A DNA stretch of 64,000 bases from an uncultured delta proteobacterium (GTDB taxonomy: Bacteria > Desulfobacterota > Binatia > UBA9968), in the NCBI GenBank assembly GCA_963816145.1, contig CAWFJP010000024.1, positions 48,929-112,928 of the forward strand, in the 5' to 3' direction. How positions within the stretch are numbered: position 1 is the first letter of the stretch; each line of letters opens with the position of its first letter. Below are positions 1 to 12,373 of the stretch, piece after piece. The notes below the pieces were generated by a model. That model was not told the origin of the DNA. It did not search any database and saw only the letters and a list, made by a program, of their open reading frames with translations. The position numbers were made by a program, and so were the translations under genes.

Positions 1-781
1 ACCACTTGTTGTCGGCGGGCACGACGTACCACGGCGCGTCTTTCGTCGCGGTGTTACGAATCATATCTTCGTAGGCGTCCATATAATCGTCCCAGTATTG
101 GCGCTCCTTGGCGTCGTTAGCCGAGAACTTCCAGTTCTTCTCGGGCTCTTCGATGCGCTCGAGAAAACGCTTCTTCTGCTCTTTGTTGGAGACATGCAGA
201 AAGAACTTGAGGATGGCGACACCGTTGCGCGTCAGGTAGCGCTCGAAGCTGCGGATGTCCTGAAAGCGGTCTTTCCAGACATCCTTGGTGATCAGGTCGG
301 GCGGGATTTTTTGATGTTCTAAAAACTCCCGGTGCACCCGCACCACCAGGGTTTCCTCGTAATAGCTGCGATTGAAAATGCCGATGCGGCCGCGCTCGGG
401 CATACACTTGATACAGCGCCAGAGGTAATCATGGTCGAGGTCTTCGCTGGTCGGCGCCTTGAAAGAAAAAACCTGGCAGCCCTGCGGGTTGACCCCGGAC
501 ATGACATGCTTGATCGCGCCGTCTTTGCCGGCGGCGTCCATCGCTTGGAAGATCAGCAGCACGGCCCAGTTGTCCTGGGCATAAAGCATGTCCTGAAGCT
601 CGGCCAACACCTCGGTGCCCATGGCGAGCGCTTCCTTGGCGCGCGGCTTGTCCTCGGATGTCAAATCGAGGGTATCGCCGGGGTCGATGTCCTTCAGGCG
701 GAATTTGCCATCGGTCACGCGGAAAGGCTTGGCGAGCTTGCGCGCGTTCTTGATTAATTTCTTCATATCTTTGTTGTTCAC
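1..781 (-). CDS. ppk2: Polyphosphate kinase 2 family (polyP:nucleotide phosphotransferase), 3' end runs off the window
   Basis: Manual minus-strand translation (missing from the ORF track because there is no stop in the window): [50 protein letters not shown]; GGAGG RBS before GTG at 781 (alternative ATG at 766). Confidence 0.93.
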   Translation of the reverse strand, partial: MNNKDMKKLIKNARKLAKPFRVTDGKFRLKDIDPGDTLDLTSEDKPRAKEALAMGTEVLAELQDMLYAQDNWAVLLIFQAMDAAGKDGAIKHVMSGVNPQGCQVFSFKAPTSEDLDHDYLWRCIKCMPERGRIGIFNRSYYEETLVVRVHREFLEHQKIPPDLITKDVWKDRFQDIRSFERYLTRNGVAILKFFLHVSNKEQKKRFLERIEEPEKNWKFSANDAKERQYWDDYMDAYEDMIRNTATKDAPWYVVPADNKW

Positions 782-804
782 AGAGTTGCCTCCTGGTTAA
801 TCAG

Positions 805-1728
805 TCAGTCTTTTTCGTTTGCCGTTTCGGTGATGGTCGGCAGCCGCAGGGTCTCGTCGGATTCGCTGCCAATCTTAATCTGTTGATTCTCTGGCGACTC
901 CATCGCCAGGCGAAATACGTTCTCGATCTCGTTGGCTTGGCGGCTGCGTTCCTTCTCCACTTCCGCCAAGAGTAACCGCACCGCTTGCATCTCGTTCAGT
1001 AAAACCTCCGGACGCGCCAGCGCTTCGGCAACCGCTCGGTGGAACACTTGGCGGTCGTGCCAGACGCCGAGAGCTTCTTGCAAAGCAGCCAACCATTTGA
1101 GCTGCGGCTTAAAGTGTTTGGCACCGACATCGTAAAGCAGCTCCGTCCGGTACCGTAAAACTTTGGTGGCGATGCGCAGCCGGTGCAGGTCGTCGGCCGC
1201 GCGAGTGCTCCGTGCCTGGGTCAAGCTCGACTGCCAGGCGATCTGCGCTTCTTGCACGCTAGCACCGAGCCGCTGCATCAGAATCTCCGGGCTTTCATCG
1301 CTGGCCTGTCGCACCACCCTTTGGGCTCGGGCCGCGTACTCTCCAAGGTCTTCGCGCACCACTCTCTTCGACGCGCGGGCAACCTCTTTCGTGCGTTTCT
1401 GTAATAAGTAGTCGCGGATACCGGTCCAGGCTTGCCGCTTGGCCACGCTGCGCGTGCGGCGCTGCTCCTGCGCGACGATCTCGAGCAGGACATCGAAATT
1501 GCGCCATTTACCGAGCGCGCGCCGAATCCGTCGAGGTGTTCGCCGCAAGCGCCGCACCTTGGCCGGACGTGGCTTGGCAAAGAAGGCATCGAGCGCCTGT
1601 TGGAAACGCCGGCTCCAAACGCGCGCGTCATGGATGGTTTTTGCTTCGGCGTTGGCGCGAATTTCCGGCGCCAGCGCGACGAACTTCTTCAGCCGGCTCC
1701 GCAGTAAGCGTGACAGCGCGCTTTGCAT
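805..1728 (-). CDS. CHAD domain protein (polyphosphate-binding)
   Basis: Two H-x-x-R motifs (IHDARVWSRR, LHRLRIATKVLRY) and LQEALGVWHD; polyP gene context. Confidence 0.9.
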   Translation of the reverse strand: MQSALSRLLRSRLKKFVALAPEIRANAEAKTIHDARVWSRRFQQALDAFFAKPRPAKVRRLRRTPRRIRRALGKWRNFDVLLEIVAQEQRRTRSVAKRQAWTGIRDYLLQKRTKEVARASKRVVREDLGEYAARAQRVVRQASDESPEILMQRLGASVQEAQIAWQSSLTQARSTRAADDLHRLRIATKVLRYRTELLYDVGAKHFKPQLKWLAALQEALGVWHDRQVFHRAVAEALARPEVLLNEMQAVRLLLAEVEKERSRQANEIENVFRLAMESPENQQIKIGSESDETLRLPTITETANEKD

Positions 1729-1869
1729 GGCCGCGGCCTCAGGTGGTTGGCGTCGCCGCCGCGCCGCCGCGGGTTGCGCCTCGCCAGACCGGGGCTTCAG
1801 GCGGTGGTTGATTATCTCCTTCCACGATCTTTTCTTTCACCCAGCGAGGCGTCCAATGGGCCAGGCTGT

Positions 1870-2373
1870 TCAACGCGCCAGCAACCGTAGATGCTTCGGC
1901 GCCAGCGCCCACTGCAGCACCGCGCTCTTGCGCGGCGCAACGGCGTCCACTTCGAGGCAGCAGAGCCCGCCCTTTTTCAGCTGAATTTGCGCCCCTGCCT
2001 TTTCTGACAATAAAAAAGAAACCGTGCTGCTGAGCAGCGGCTCATGACCCACCAATAGGATTTGTTCCTTGCCCGCGTATGCGGCCAAGCCGGACAAGAG
2101 GTCGCGGACCGATCGGTCGGGGCCGAGCTGCTCGAACTCCTCCAAGCGGTCCTCCAGCTGCAGCGCCTGGGCGACGATTTTTGCCGTCTGGCGCGCGCGC
2201 TCCAACGGACTGGTGAGAATTCGGTCAAAAGACAGTGAGAGGGTTATGAGCCCTCGCGCTTCTTTGTGAATTCTTTTGATCCCCTTTGGGGTCAGCGTTC
2301 GTTGCCAATCATCCGAGCTTTTGCCGGTGGCGCGGTCCGCCGCAATGCCGTGACGCATAAAGTACAGATTCAT
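1870..2373 (-). CDS. sixA: Phosphohistidine phosphatase SixA
   Basis: MNLYFMRHG, LTSPLERARQTA, LLVGHEP motifs. Confidence 0.9.
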   Translation of the reverse strand: MNLYFMRHGIAADRATGKSSDDWQRTLTPKGIKRIHKEARGLITLSLSFDRILTSPLERARQTAKIVAQALQLEDRLEEFEQLGPDRSVRDLLSGLAAYAGKEQILLVGHEPLLSSTVSFLLSEKAGAQIQLKKGGLCCLEVDAVAPRKSAVLQWALAPKHLRLLAR

Positions 2374-2434
2374 AAGCCGATCTCAGCTTATTTGCCACTC
2401 CATCGAATCATTTCCATTGTCGCTGCATCGGAGC

Positions 2435-3115
2435 CTAGCTCCGACCCCCGCGCCCGTATAAACTTACCAGACGGGCCACCATCACCGCTAGAAACAGTTG
2501 ACCGCCGACCCCTTCGACGATGGCCAGGCCGCGCGCCACATCGGTGCGCGGCACGATATCGCCGTAACCGAGCGTCGCCAGCGTCACAAAGCTGAAATAG
2601 AAAGCGCTCATGCGCGAAAAGTCGCCGGGCGCGGCGAACGTTCCCGGCCTCGTTTGCTCAAGCACCCAGTAGAGTAAGCCGAAAAAAATTCCCGCGAGCA
2701 AGTAAGCGCTGAGCGCAGCGTAGAGGTGTTCGGCATCGACCCGGGTTGCCCGCATGGCAAATCGCAAAGCGAAGCCGGCAGCGAGCAGGCCGATCAATAT
2801 CCACAGTCCGAGCGTGGCGGCAGAGAGCAGCGGATGATCGAACCAGACCGTCACCGGCCGCGCCAACCAAATCAAAGCAACGGCGAGCATAACGCCGGGT
2901 TTTCTCGCCTGGCCGATCGGGGTTACCGCGGCAAGCAGGCTCGCCGCCAGAAGGAAGTCGACCAGCGCGCCGGTAAAGCCCAAGGTGGTGATGAGCGGCA
3001 AGCCCCCCACGGTAAGCAAGAGCATATAAAACAGTATGGTGTATCGCCGGCGCAGATAACCTTGCGCGAAACCGTGCAAACCGCCGGCGCGCGTATCGAT
3101 CGCTGCGGACATCAC
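2435..3115 (-). CDS. Ion channel (Ion_trans_2 / potassium-channel family)
   Basis: Multiple TM helices and pore signature FYFSFVTLATLGYGDIVP. Confidence 0.88.
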   Translation of the reverse strand: MMSAAIDTRAGGLHGFAQGYLRRRYTILFYMLLLTVGGLPLITTLGFTGALVDFLLAASLLAAVTPIGQARKPGVMLAVALIWLARPVTVWFDHPLLSAATLGLWILIGLLAAGFALRFAMRATRVDAEHLYAALSAYLLAGIFFGLLYWVLEQTRPGTFAAPGDFSRMSAFYFSFVTLATLGYGDIVPRTDVARGLAIVEGVGGQLFLAVMVARLVSLYGRGGRS

Positions 3116-3280
3116 GCTTTACTCCCCGTCGCGCCCAGGACGACTGGATTGTTGGAGCACTGGAATGTTGGAAGGCTGGCGATTAAATGCATAACTCCCT
3201 TACTGCCGCACTCCATCGCTGCGTTTTGGCCGACCTCTCATTCCTTAACGGCTTGAACGTTTTGAACGTGTTTTTTTATT

Positions 3281-4676
3281 TTACGGTTGCCATCCGCCAC
3301 CGAGGGCGCGGTACAGTTGGACCACACCGATGAGTTGCAAACCGCGCGCTCTTGCCAGTTCGAGCTCGGCATTGAAGAGATCCTGATCAGCGATCAAAAC
3401 CTCGAGATAGTTCGAGAAACCGGCGTCGTAGCGCAGCCGCGAAAGACGGCTGGAATTTTGCAACGCGGCCACCTCCGATTCTTTCTCGGCCCGCAGGTCC
3501 TTAAGCTTGTCAAGGCTGACCAACGCATCGGCGACCTCGCGGAAGCCGTTTTGCGCGGCCTTCTCGTATTGCGCGAGCGCCTGGTCAAAGCGCGCCTTGG
3601 TTCCTTCATAGTTCCAGAATAGACGCCAGCCCTGGAAAATCGGTTGGAAAAAACCGCCGGCAACCGACCAAATCTGCGCCCGCTTGTCGAAGATGTTGGA
3701 GAAGTCGTGACTGTTGCCGCCAAGCGCGCCGCTCATGGAGAAATTGGGAAAGAACAGTGCCTTCGCCGCGCCGATATTGGCGTTGGCGGCCACCAGCAAC
3801 TGCTCAGCGCTTTGCACGTCAGGCCGCCGTTCGAGCAACGCCGACGGCAAGCCGGCGGGAATGGCGGGCGGATAATATTCGTCGGTCAACACGGCGCCGC
3901 GCGGAATCGCGCCGGGATTGCGCGCGAGCAGAAAATTGATCAGGTTTTCCTGCTGGGCGATGCGCCGTTCGAGATCGGGAATCACCGCCGCGGTGCGGGC
4001 GCGATTGGCCACCGCCTGTTCCACTTCGAGCCGGTTGGAAACCCCGGTTTCATAGCGGCTGCGGTAAAACCGCACCGTGTCGTCATTGAGCTTGAGCGTG
4101 CGTCTGGTGATCTCAAGCTCGAGATCGAGCTCACGCAAAAGTAAATAAAACTGCGCCACATCGCCAACTAGCGCGATGTAGACGCCGCGCCGGTCCATTT
4201 CGCTGGCCTCGTAGACGGCTTTGGCAGCTTCCGCTTCGCGGCGGATCCGGCCGAAGACATCGACCTCCCACACCATGCCGAACCCGCCGAACCAGTTTTG
4301 CCATGAGCGGTTGGCGCCGTCGGATTGGGAAGGATCGGTGGCCCGGGAAACCTGCTGGGCGCTGCCGCCGCTGTTAAGGTTAAAGCTCGGGTAAAGAAAC
4401 GAGCGCGAAACGCCAACCTGCGCCCTCGCCTCTTCCACCCGCGCGGCGGCGGTGCGCAGATCATAGTTGTTCTTCAACGCTTCGCGGATCAGCTCCTGCA
4501 GCACCGGATCCCTGAAGATTTCCCACCACGGCATATCGGCCAGCGAATCGGCCGCCGGCGTTCCTTGCAGGCCGCGGTAATTCTCCGGGGTCGATACTGA
4601 CGGACGCTGGTAGTCCGGACCCAGCGTGCAACCGGTGAAATACAAGAAATAAGACCAGCGCAATCCGTAACGCCAT
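3281..4676 (-). CDS. RND efflux outer-membrane lipoprotein (NodT/OprM family)
   Basis: Lipobox-like GCTLGPDY, LPSALLERRPDV, LYRALGGGW; probable indel in the signal peptide, true ATG at 4676. Confidence 0.93.
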
Positions 4677-4677
4677 G

Positions 4678-7600
4678 TTAGTGAGGTCCTCCTGACGGAT
4701 TGTGAGCTTCGGAAGGAGCGGCGTGAATCTCGGCCGGTCCGGGCGCAGGGCTTTTCTTCTTCGCGAAGCGACGAATTACGTCGTAAAACACCGGTGTAAA
4801 GACCAGACCGAAGAAAGTTACACCGAGCATGCCGCTGAAGACCGCCACGCCCAAGGCAAAGCGCATCTCAGCGCCGGCTCCTTTGGCGACGACCAGCGGC
4901 ACCACGCCGAGGATGAAAGCGAACGCAGTCATGAGAATCGGCCGCAGGCGCACGCGCGAGGCTTCGACCACGGCGTCGACGCGGCTCTTGCCCTCGTCTT
5001 CGAGCTGCTTGGAAAACTCGACGACGAGAATGGCGTTTTTAGCGGCCAGACCGATCAGTGTGATCAGACCGATTTGGGTAAAAATGCTGTTATCGAGTTT
5101 CATAAAGTTGACGCCGATTAATGCGGCCAACAGACACATCGGCACGATCAGCAGAATGGCAAAGGGCAACGACCAGCTTTCGTATTGCCCCGCCAGAACC
5201 ATAAAGACGAACAGCACGGATAACGGGAATATGATCTTGGTCAGGAAATCCTTCTCGGCGAGGATCTGCTGCAGCGACAGCTCGGTCCACTCGAAGCCCA
5301 ACCCGGACGAGAGCTGCTCGCCCACCAACTTCTCGCTGGTAGTGATCAGTTGGCCGGAGCTCACTCCAGGCGCTGGAATAATATTCACCTCGGCGGAAGG
5401 ATAAATGTTGTAATGGTTGACGATCGCCGGGCCGCTGGTGGTTTTAACTTTGATAAACGTGTCCAGAGGCACGCGGTCACCGGCGCCATTGCGCACTTCC
5501 AACCGGCCTATGTCCGGTGTTTTATCGCGAAAGCTCGGATCGGCCTGCACGTTGACCTGCCAGTTGCGCCCTTGGAAGGAAAAATCGTTGACGTAAATCG
5601 AGCCGAGATAAGTCTGTAATGTCGTATTGATCTCGTCGAGAGAGACATTTTGCGCCTTGGCTTTTTCACGATCGATATCGACAAACAGTTGCGGCTGGGT
5701 GACGCCGAAGGAAGTGAACATACCGGCAAAGGTCGGATCGCGCTGGCCCGCTTCGACGATCGATTGGACACCACCCTCCAAGGTCCTCAGTCCGGCGGCG
5801 CGCCGGTCTTGAACGTGGAGTTTCGATCCACCCGTGGCGCCTAGCCCATCGATCGGCGGGGCGTTGAAGATGCCGATGCGAGCTTCCTGGAAGCCGGCAA
5901 GTTTCTTGCGCAACTCCACGGCAATCTCGTTGGCCCCCAGTCCCGGGATACCGGCGCGCTCTTCGAAGGGATCGAGGATCACGAACATGCCGCCGATGTT
6001 GCTGATGTTGGTGCCCAGCAAGATTGAATAACCCGGCACGTCGATTGAGTAAGCGACGCCCTTGGTTTTGCGCGCCACTTCGCTGATCTGCGCGATCATC
6101 TTATCGGTGCGCTCCAGGCTGGCGCCTTCCGGCAGCTGGGCGTTGAGAACCAAATAACCCTTGTCTTGTTCCGGGATAAAGCCCTTGGGCGTTACGTTGA
6201 AGCCCCAGACCGTCAGCGCCAACAGACCGCCGTAAATAACCAGCACGATAAAACCGACCCGCACGAGGCTGCGCACGATCTTACCGTAGCCGTTGGCGAG
6301 ACGATCGAAAAAGCGGTTGAACACGCCGAGAAACAAACCGATGCCATGGTTGATCGGGCTCCTGAACATCCAGCCCACCCCGGTGCCCACTGCGAACACG
6401 CCGAGACGCACCGCCCAAAGACCCCATTGCGAAGTTTGGTGCACCGCTTCGGCTTCGGCGCCGTGAGCCGGCGCAGCCATGCCCAGGAGCGCCAGCACAT
6501 GGGGCGTGACATAGTGATAGACGATAAAACCGACGAGGGCGGCAATCCCCTGCGGCGGCAGGGCATCGCGGTGATGTCCCGGGGTGTGCGGCTTGATCAA
6601 TGTAACGGCGCGCGCCGGCGCCATGGTCATCGCGTTGATCGCCGAGATAATGACTGAAACCGCTATGGTCAAAGCGAATTGCCGGTAGAACTGTCCCGAT
6701 ATTCCCGCCAAAAACGCGGTCGGCACGAACACCGAGCTCAACACCAGCGTGATCGCGATGACCGGCCCGGTAATCTCGTCCATCGCCTTGATGGTCGCTT
6801 CGCGCGCCGGCATCCCCGTGGACATCCATCGTTCGATGTTTTCGACGACGACAATGGCATCGTCGACGACAATGCCGATCGCCAGAACCAGACCGAATAG
6901 CGTCAGGTTGTTGAGCGAAAATCCCATCACCGCCATTATCGCGAGCGTGCCGATCAGCGACACCGGCACGTCGATCATCGGCATCAGCGTCGCGCGCCAA
7001 TCGCCCAAGAAAATCAGCACGACGATAAACACCAGCACAAAAGCTTCGAACAAAGTCTTGTAAACCTCGTGCACCGATTCGTTGACAAACACCGTCGTAT
7101 CGTAAACGATCCGGTACTCGACTCCTTCAGGGAACCGGCTCTTCAGTTCCGCCATCTTGGCTTTAATCTGCTCGGCGGTCTCGAAGAGCGTTGGCGCCGG
7201 GCAATTGAAAAACCGCCAGGGTTGCGGCCGGCAACCTGTTCTCTTTGGAGCCGAGGTAGCTATTGACGTCGTAGTTCTTGGCGCCGAGCTCGATGCCGCG
7301 CAGAATCATCTTGCCGTCTTTGTCGTATTTGCTGTCGCTGACGACGTCGCGCAAATAGACGATCTGCCCCTGTTTGCCGGTCTTGATGATAATGTTGTCG
7401 AACTGCTCTTCAGCGGTGAACCGGCCTTGGGTATTGATCGGCAACTGGAACGGCACCGACGAGCCCTGGGGCACCGGCGGCTGGCCGATGCGGCCGGCGG
7501 CCACCTGCACGTTTTGCTCTTTGATCGCGCTAATGACATCGCTCGCGGTCATTTGACGGGAAGCGAGTTTGGTCGGGTCGAGCCAGACGCGCATGCTGTA

Positions 7601-8146
7601 GTCGCGCGCGCCGAGGAAAGTCACGTCGCCGACGCCTTTCACGCGCGCCAGATCGTCCTTGATATTCAAGGTGGCGAAGTTGCTCAGATAGAGTTGATCG
7701 TAGCGCCCGTTGGGAGAGACCAAATTAACCACGAGCAGGATGCTTGGCGATTTTTTCTTGGTCGAGATGCCGAGCCGTTTGACCTCTTCGGGCAGCTTCG
7801 CTTCGGCGATCGCGACGCGGTTTTGCACCAGCACTTGCGCGGCGTCGAGATCGGTCCCGAGCTCGAAGGTCACATCGAGCGTCAACTGGCCGTCGTTGGT
7901 GCTGCGCGAAAACATGTAGAGCATGCGCTCGACGCCGTTCACCTCTTGTTCGATCGGCTGGGCGACGGTCTCGGCGACCGTGACGGCGTTGGCGCCCGGG
8001 TACGTCGCTGTCACCTGAATTGTCGGCGGCACGACTTCGGGATACTGCGAAATCGGCAGCTGCGTCAGCGCCACCAATCCGATGAGAACGATCACCAAAG
8101 AAAGAACCGTTGCGAAAATCGGACGGTCAACAAAAAATTCGGCCAT
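4678..8146 (-). CDS. RND efflux permease (AcrB/HAE1 family), split by one frameshift near 7160-7190
   Basis: N-half FFVDRPIFA...PEVVPPTIQV; C-half GIVVDDAIVVVENIER, LAAKNAIL, RLRPILMT. Confidence 0.95.
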
Positions 8147-8181
8147 AGCTGGACTCTCTATTATTTACCGGCAAAGGGTCA

Positions 8182-9462
8182 TTAATGGGCTTTGGCCGCC
8201 GGAGCCGGTTGAGGCTCAGTGGTTTTGGCCTGGGCGATCGGCTTGCCTGAATTGTCCATCGGTTCGACCGGGTTGTTGATGCGCGCGCGTTGCAGACCGT
8301 TAACGATTACCCAATCGTTCGGCTTGATTTCCTGGCCTTTATCCGCGGCGCTTGCGACCCGCATGCCGTCTTCGAGCAATCGTCCGGGTTTGATGTCGCG
8401 CCGGAAAACTACATTCTGATCATTGATCAGTAACAAATATTTTTTGTCCTGGTCGGTAAGAACGGCGGTATCCGGAACCAACACCGCCTGGTAAGCGTCG
8501 CCGAACGGGATGCGCACCCGCACGCGGGACCCGGGAACGAAACGGCCCTGCGGATTGGCCACCACCCCGCGCACCTGGATGGTTCCGGTCGCGTTATCGA
8601 CGCGGTTATTGGCGAAATCCAGCACACCTTTGTTCGGGAAGCCGTCGTCGCTGTCGAGGCCGAAGTTGAAGGGAAACTTGGGCGGGGCGCCGGTCTTTTG
8701 CCGCGCCCTTTCCTGATTAGTTTTCATGTAGCGCTGCAGCGAGCGCTCATCGATATTGAAATAGAGAAAAATCGGGTCAATCGACACAATGGTCGTTAGA
8801 ACCGGATCATTACCGCCGGCGCTTACCAGATTGCCGACCGTCAGCTGCGCTCGGCTGACCCTGCCGCCGATCGGCGCGGTAATCCGCGCGTATTCGACAT
8901 CCAACTCTTTGCGCGTGATCTCCTGCCTCGCCGCTTCCACCTGGGCTGCCAGGGATAATGCGCGCGCTTCGGACTTATCGGCTTCGGTCTTGCTGACCGC
9001 GCCTTCGCCGACCAGTTGTTTCATGCGCTCGTAATCCCGGTCCGCGGCGACTTTCTGCGCTTCTACGACCCGGAGCTCGTCACGGGCGCGCCCGACCTCG
9101 GCTTCGAACGGCCGCGGGTCGAGCTGGAACAGCAAGTCGCCCTTCTTGACGATTTGACCGTCGGTAAAGCCGATCTTGGCGATATGGCCGCGCACCCGCG
9201 AACGCAGGTCGACATTCTCCGCGGCTTCGAGCCAGCCGTTGTAATTGTCCTCGTCGACCAGGGTGCGGGTTTCCGGATGGGCCACCGTAACCTTGGGCGG
9301 CGCCGGTGGCGGCGCCTCGGTTTTCTTCGAGCACGCAACCCCGGCCGCCAGAAAAAGACCGGCGATCAGCGCCGCCGGCTTGCCACGCCAGCGCTTGTCC
9401 CAGAAGTTAACATTTTTGGCATTCACAGTGATCCCCCAAATTTTGGCATAGTGCGGTTTCAT
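8182..9462 (-). CDS. RND periplasmic adaptor (MFP) subunit
   Basis: Lipoprotein Cys, RSRVRGHI...GDLLFQLD, ITAPIGGRV, VDNATGTIQVR. Confidence 0.93.
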   Translation of the reverse strand: MKPHYAKIWGITVNAKNVNFWDKRWRGKPAALIAGLFLAAGVACSKKTEAPPPAPPKVTVAHPETRTLVDEDNYNGWLEAAENVDLRSRVRGHIAKIGFTDGQIVKKGDLLFQLDPRPFEAEVGRARDELRVVEAQKVAADRDYERMKQLVGEGAVSKTEADKSEARALSLAAQVEAARQEITRKELDVEYARITAPIGGRVSRAQLTVGNLVSAGGNDPVLTTIVSIDPIFLYFNIDERSLQRYMKTNQERARQKTGAPPKFPFNFGLDSDDGFPNKGVLDFANNRVDNATGTIQVRGVVANPQGRFVPGSRVRVRIPFGDAYQAVLVPDTAVLTDQDKKYLLLINDQNVVFRRDIKPGRLLEDGMRVASAADKGQEIKPNDWVIVNGLQRARINNPVEPMDNSGKPIAQAKTTEPQPAPAAKAH

Positions 9463-9619
9463 ATCTCAGACAGCTCTTTATCGATCGAAGCCGATCACGG
9501 CGCGTTAAGTCGCCGCGGCTTGCTGCCGGGTGGTTCACTCTTAGAGCTCCCCCGGCATAGGCAAAACCTCGACTTCTTGTAATTAACGATATTTATTATC
9601 GAATTTCTTCGACACTGTA

Positions 9620-9639
9620 CATTGGACCTTAGTCCAATG
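9620..9639. promoter_or_regulatory. Palindromic operator-like site CATTGGAC-CTTA-GTCCAATG upstream of the RND operon
   Basis: Perfect 8-bp arms; near-identical copy at 49644-49659. Confidence 0.55.
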
Positions 9640-9708
9640 CCACGGTGCCGGATACCACTCCAACAATGATTTTGCTCGAAGAACTCATCGAAGGGTTATT
9701 CGAAATAA

Positions 9709-10077
9709 CTAGCGGCTATCCGCCTCGAGCCAGGCGCGGGCTTTGGCGAGATCCTCGGTAAGAAAATATTCCACCGCAGCTTGACGGAAACCTTTGGCGA
9801 GAAACGCCTCGGCAAAATCCCGCCATTTCTCGTCGCCGACAACTGCGATCTTGGAGATATCGCCATCGTGCTCGGTCAAAAAAGTGATATCGCCCCAATC
9901 CCCTGCCCGCGCCCATCCATTAAAATTTTCCAGAATGAAGAGCGCGCTGATCTTGCCGCAGCGCCCGATCGCCGCCAGGGCTGCGGCTTGCATCTGGCTC
10001 ACCTCGCTCTTGGTCAGTTCGCCGTTAATCTTGGCGCTGATAATCGGCCCGGACGCGTCGATGATGGTAAATGCCAT
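9709..10077 (-). CDS. STAS/SEC14 (SpoIIAA-like) protein
   Basis: 122 aa with ISKIAVVGDEKW and C-terminal ARAWL pattern. Confidence 0.85.
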   Translation of the reverse strand: MAFTIIDASGPIISAKINGELTKSEVSQMQAAALAAIGRCGKISALFILENFNGWARAGDWGDITFLTEHDGDISKIAVVGDEKWRDFAEAFLAKGFRQAAVEYFLTEDLAKARAWLEADSR

Positions 10078-10097
10078 TGTGCTCTCCGTTTGAATTT

Positions 10098-11529
10098 TTA
10101 CAGCGACGAAAAATCGTAGTTAAGAATAAATCGATAATTGTGTCTGGCTGTCTTTGGGGTTTTGATACTGATGCACCCTCGCATAACGGAAGCGCCACGA
10201 GAAGCCCTTGAGAAAACTCCACTTGGGACGCCATTGGAAATCGGCGTCAAATTCGTTTTCGTCAGGCACGCCGTTCTTCGTCGACGGATTGACTCTGCCC
10301 CAGCCATGGACAAAAAGCACGGAGGTCGACACGCCTTCGAGACCGAGGCGGGAGAAGTCGTAGGATAATTTGGTGATCAGGGCCTGTTCTTTAGCGCGAT
10401 TGAAATCCTGCACCTGGACGGCGGTGTAGCCGGGATAACCGCTCCAGGGATTTTGCATATCCTGCCGGCGCATCGTATCCGAGTAACCGAGCGTGAACAC
10501 CGCGCCGCCATAACTCACGTCGGCCTTCACGCCAATCTGATCGCCAAGGAACGATTGGCCATTCAAGAGATTTTCCCCGACGCTGCGCTGATCGGTAAAT
10601 TGAAATGACAATAAGGCGCCGATATCCTTGGTGATGGGAAAACTGTACTTGGTCTCGGTGTAGAAAATATTGATGATGTCGTTGGAAAAATAGTTGACGG
10701 CGCCGAGGGAAAATTTACCGTAGGTGAACGTGCCGCCCGCCACTGCGACGCCGCGTTTGACGTCGGCGCCGGCGTCTTTCGACATCCAAATGAAGTCGTC
10801 AGCATTCTCGCTTTTTGATCTTGGTGATATAGCCGGTGCCGTAACGGAATCCCGGCGCGCCGTCTTTGCCGCCGAACGATCCGGTTCAGCGTGTAGCCTT
10901 CAAACGTGTTCGGCGTCATCCGGATGTCGTCTTTGCCGATGAACGGCGTGTTGTATTCATAGCGATACAGATTCACGACGTGATCTTCGAAAAGTTTTAC
11001 CCGGCCGTAGGCCTGGCCCAACACGCTGTAACCATGCTGACCCGGCTTGAGCAGCAGCGTGCCATCCTTATCCTGCGGACCGTAGAGCCGGTTGGACCAA
11101 TAGAAAGTCGTGCCGACCTGAATTCGATCGAGCAGCCAGCCGGACTTGTACGCGAGCGCGCCGCCAAACGCCCAGGCCGCGCTGACATCGTCGCCGTATT
11201 TGTCGCGCTGCAAGTAGAAACTGCGCAGATTGAGGTCGAGCTTGGTATCGCGAAAGAAAGCTGGGGTGTCTTCTAATTGATCCTTGAGCCAGGGGAAGAA
11301 ACCCGGCGCGGCGAATTCCGTTCAAGAAAGGAGCGCTCGATGGGCGTAGTAATTTCATCGACTGCACGAGGGCGTCGGCTCTTCCTGTGAAATCACGTCT
11401 TGCGCGAAGCTCTCGGATCCGCACCGAACAGCAGCGAGACGAGAAAAGTTATTGTCTCGAGCCGGAACGAGGCGAACCAGACCCACTCCTCCCCACGGGA
11501 CTGTATAGTGCTCCTTGATCTTCTTTCAT
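10098..11529 (-). CDS. OprD-family outer-membrane porin (several frameshifts)
   Basis: Fragments: YKSGWLLDR, YSVLGQAYG, DIRMTPNTFEG, QDFNRAKEQA, C-terminal RFILNYDF; GAGG RBS before ATG 11529. Confidence 0.82.
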
Positions 11530-11556
11530 ACGCTCACCTCCGTCAAATGTGAGAAC

Positions 11557-12369
11557 TTACCTTTGCTCCTCCCACACCAGCGGCGGGCTGCTGCCAATCG
11601 AATCGAATCGGCAAGAACCCGCAACAAGAAATGTCGTCCCGATCGCAATCAGGGCGGCGCGTTGAACATCAAAATCGCGCCACCAGAATGAGAAAGACAA
11701 ACACGATGGCGCCGACCACGGCCGTCAACGCGTAAAACTGACCAGGTTTAAACAGCAGCGGAACTTCCCTTGTCAGCACATCGCGGAGCAGACCGCCGCC
11801 GGAGGCGTTGACAGCGCCGACCAGAATGGCCGCACCGATCGGCAAGCCGTGATCGAGAGATTTCTGCGCGCCGACCACGGCGTAAATGCCCAGGCCGAGC
11901 GCGTCGACAAGCGATAAAACCATGATGTAGGTCTTGGCCAAGCGATCTTCAAGATTGAGGCGCTCGAAAACGCTCCGGGGGCCGCTTTCTCTTCCTTCCA
12001 AAGGAGTCGTATGTGGCGATTTGACCAAAGGCAGCACGAATCATCGTTACTGGGCGTCGGCACGACGCTAAGTATGCGCCGCACCGGCGGCACGATGCGG
12101 CCGATTACGATTGTTCCGATCACCGCCACCGTAACCACCTGGAGATAATAAACATTGGTGATCGCAACCGGTGGTCCGACGGAGATAAAAATTCCGTCGC
12201 GAATCAGTCCGCCGCCGAGTGCCGCGGCAAACGCCAAGACAAAAACCCCGATGATGTCGTAATGGCGCCGCATGCCGGCCAAAGTGCCGGTGATCGCGAA
12301 CAAGAACGTCGCCGTCAAATCGAACGCCACCGGAAGGTGGAATTCGCCGCTTAAAGTGACAGCTCCCAT
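11557..12369 (-). CDS. TRIC / UPF0126 membrane protein (frameshifted)
   Basis: Two GGG-x-x-RD repeats (LGGGLIRD, SGGGLLRD) and DALGLG; 3' end approximate. Confidence 0.85.
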
Positions 12370-12373
12370 GGGC

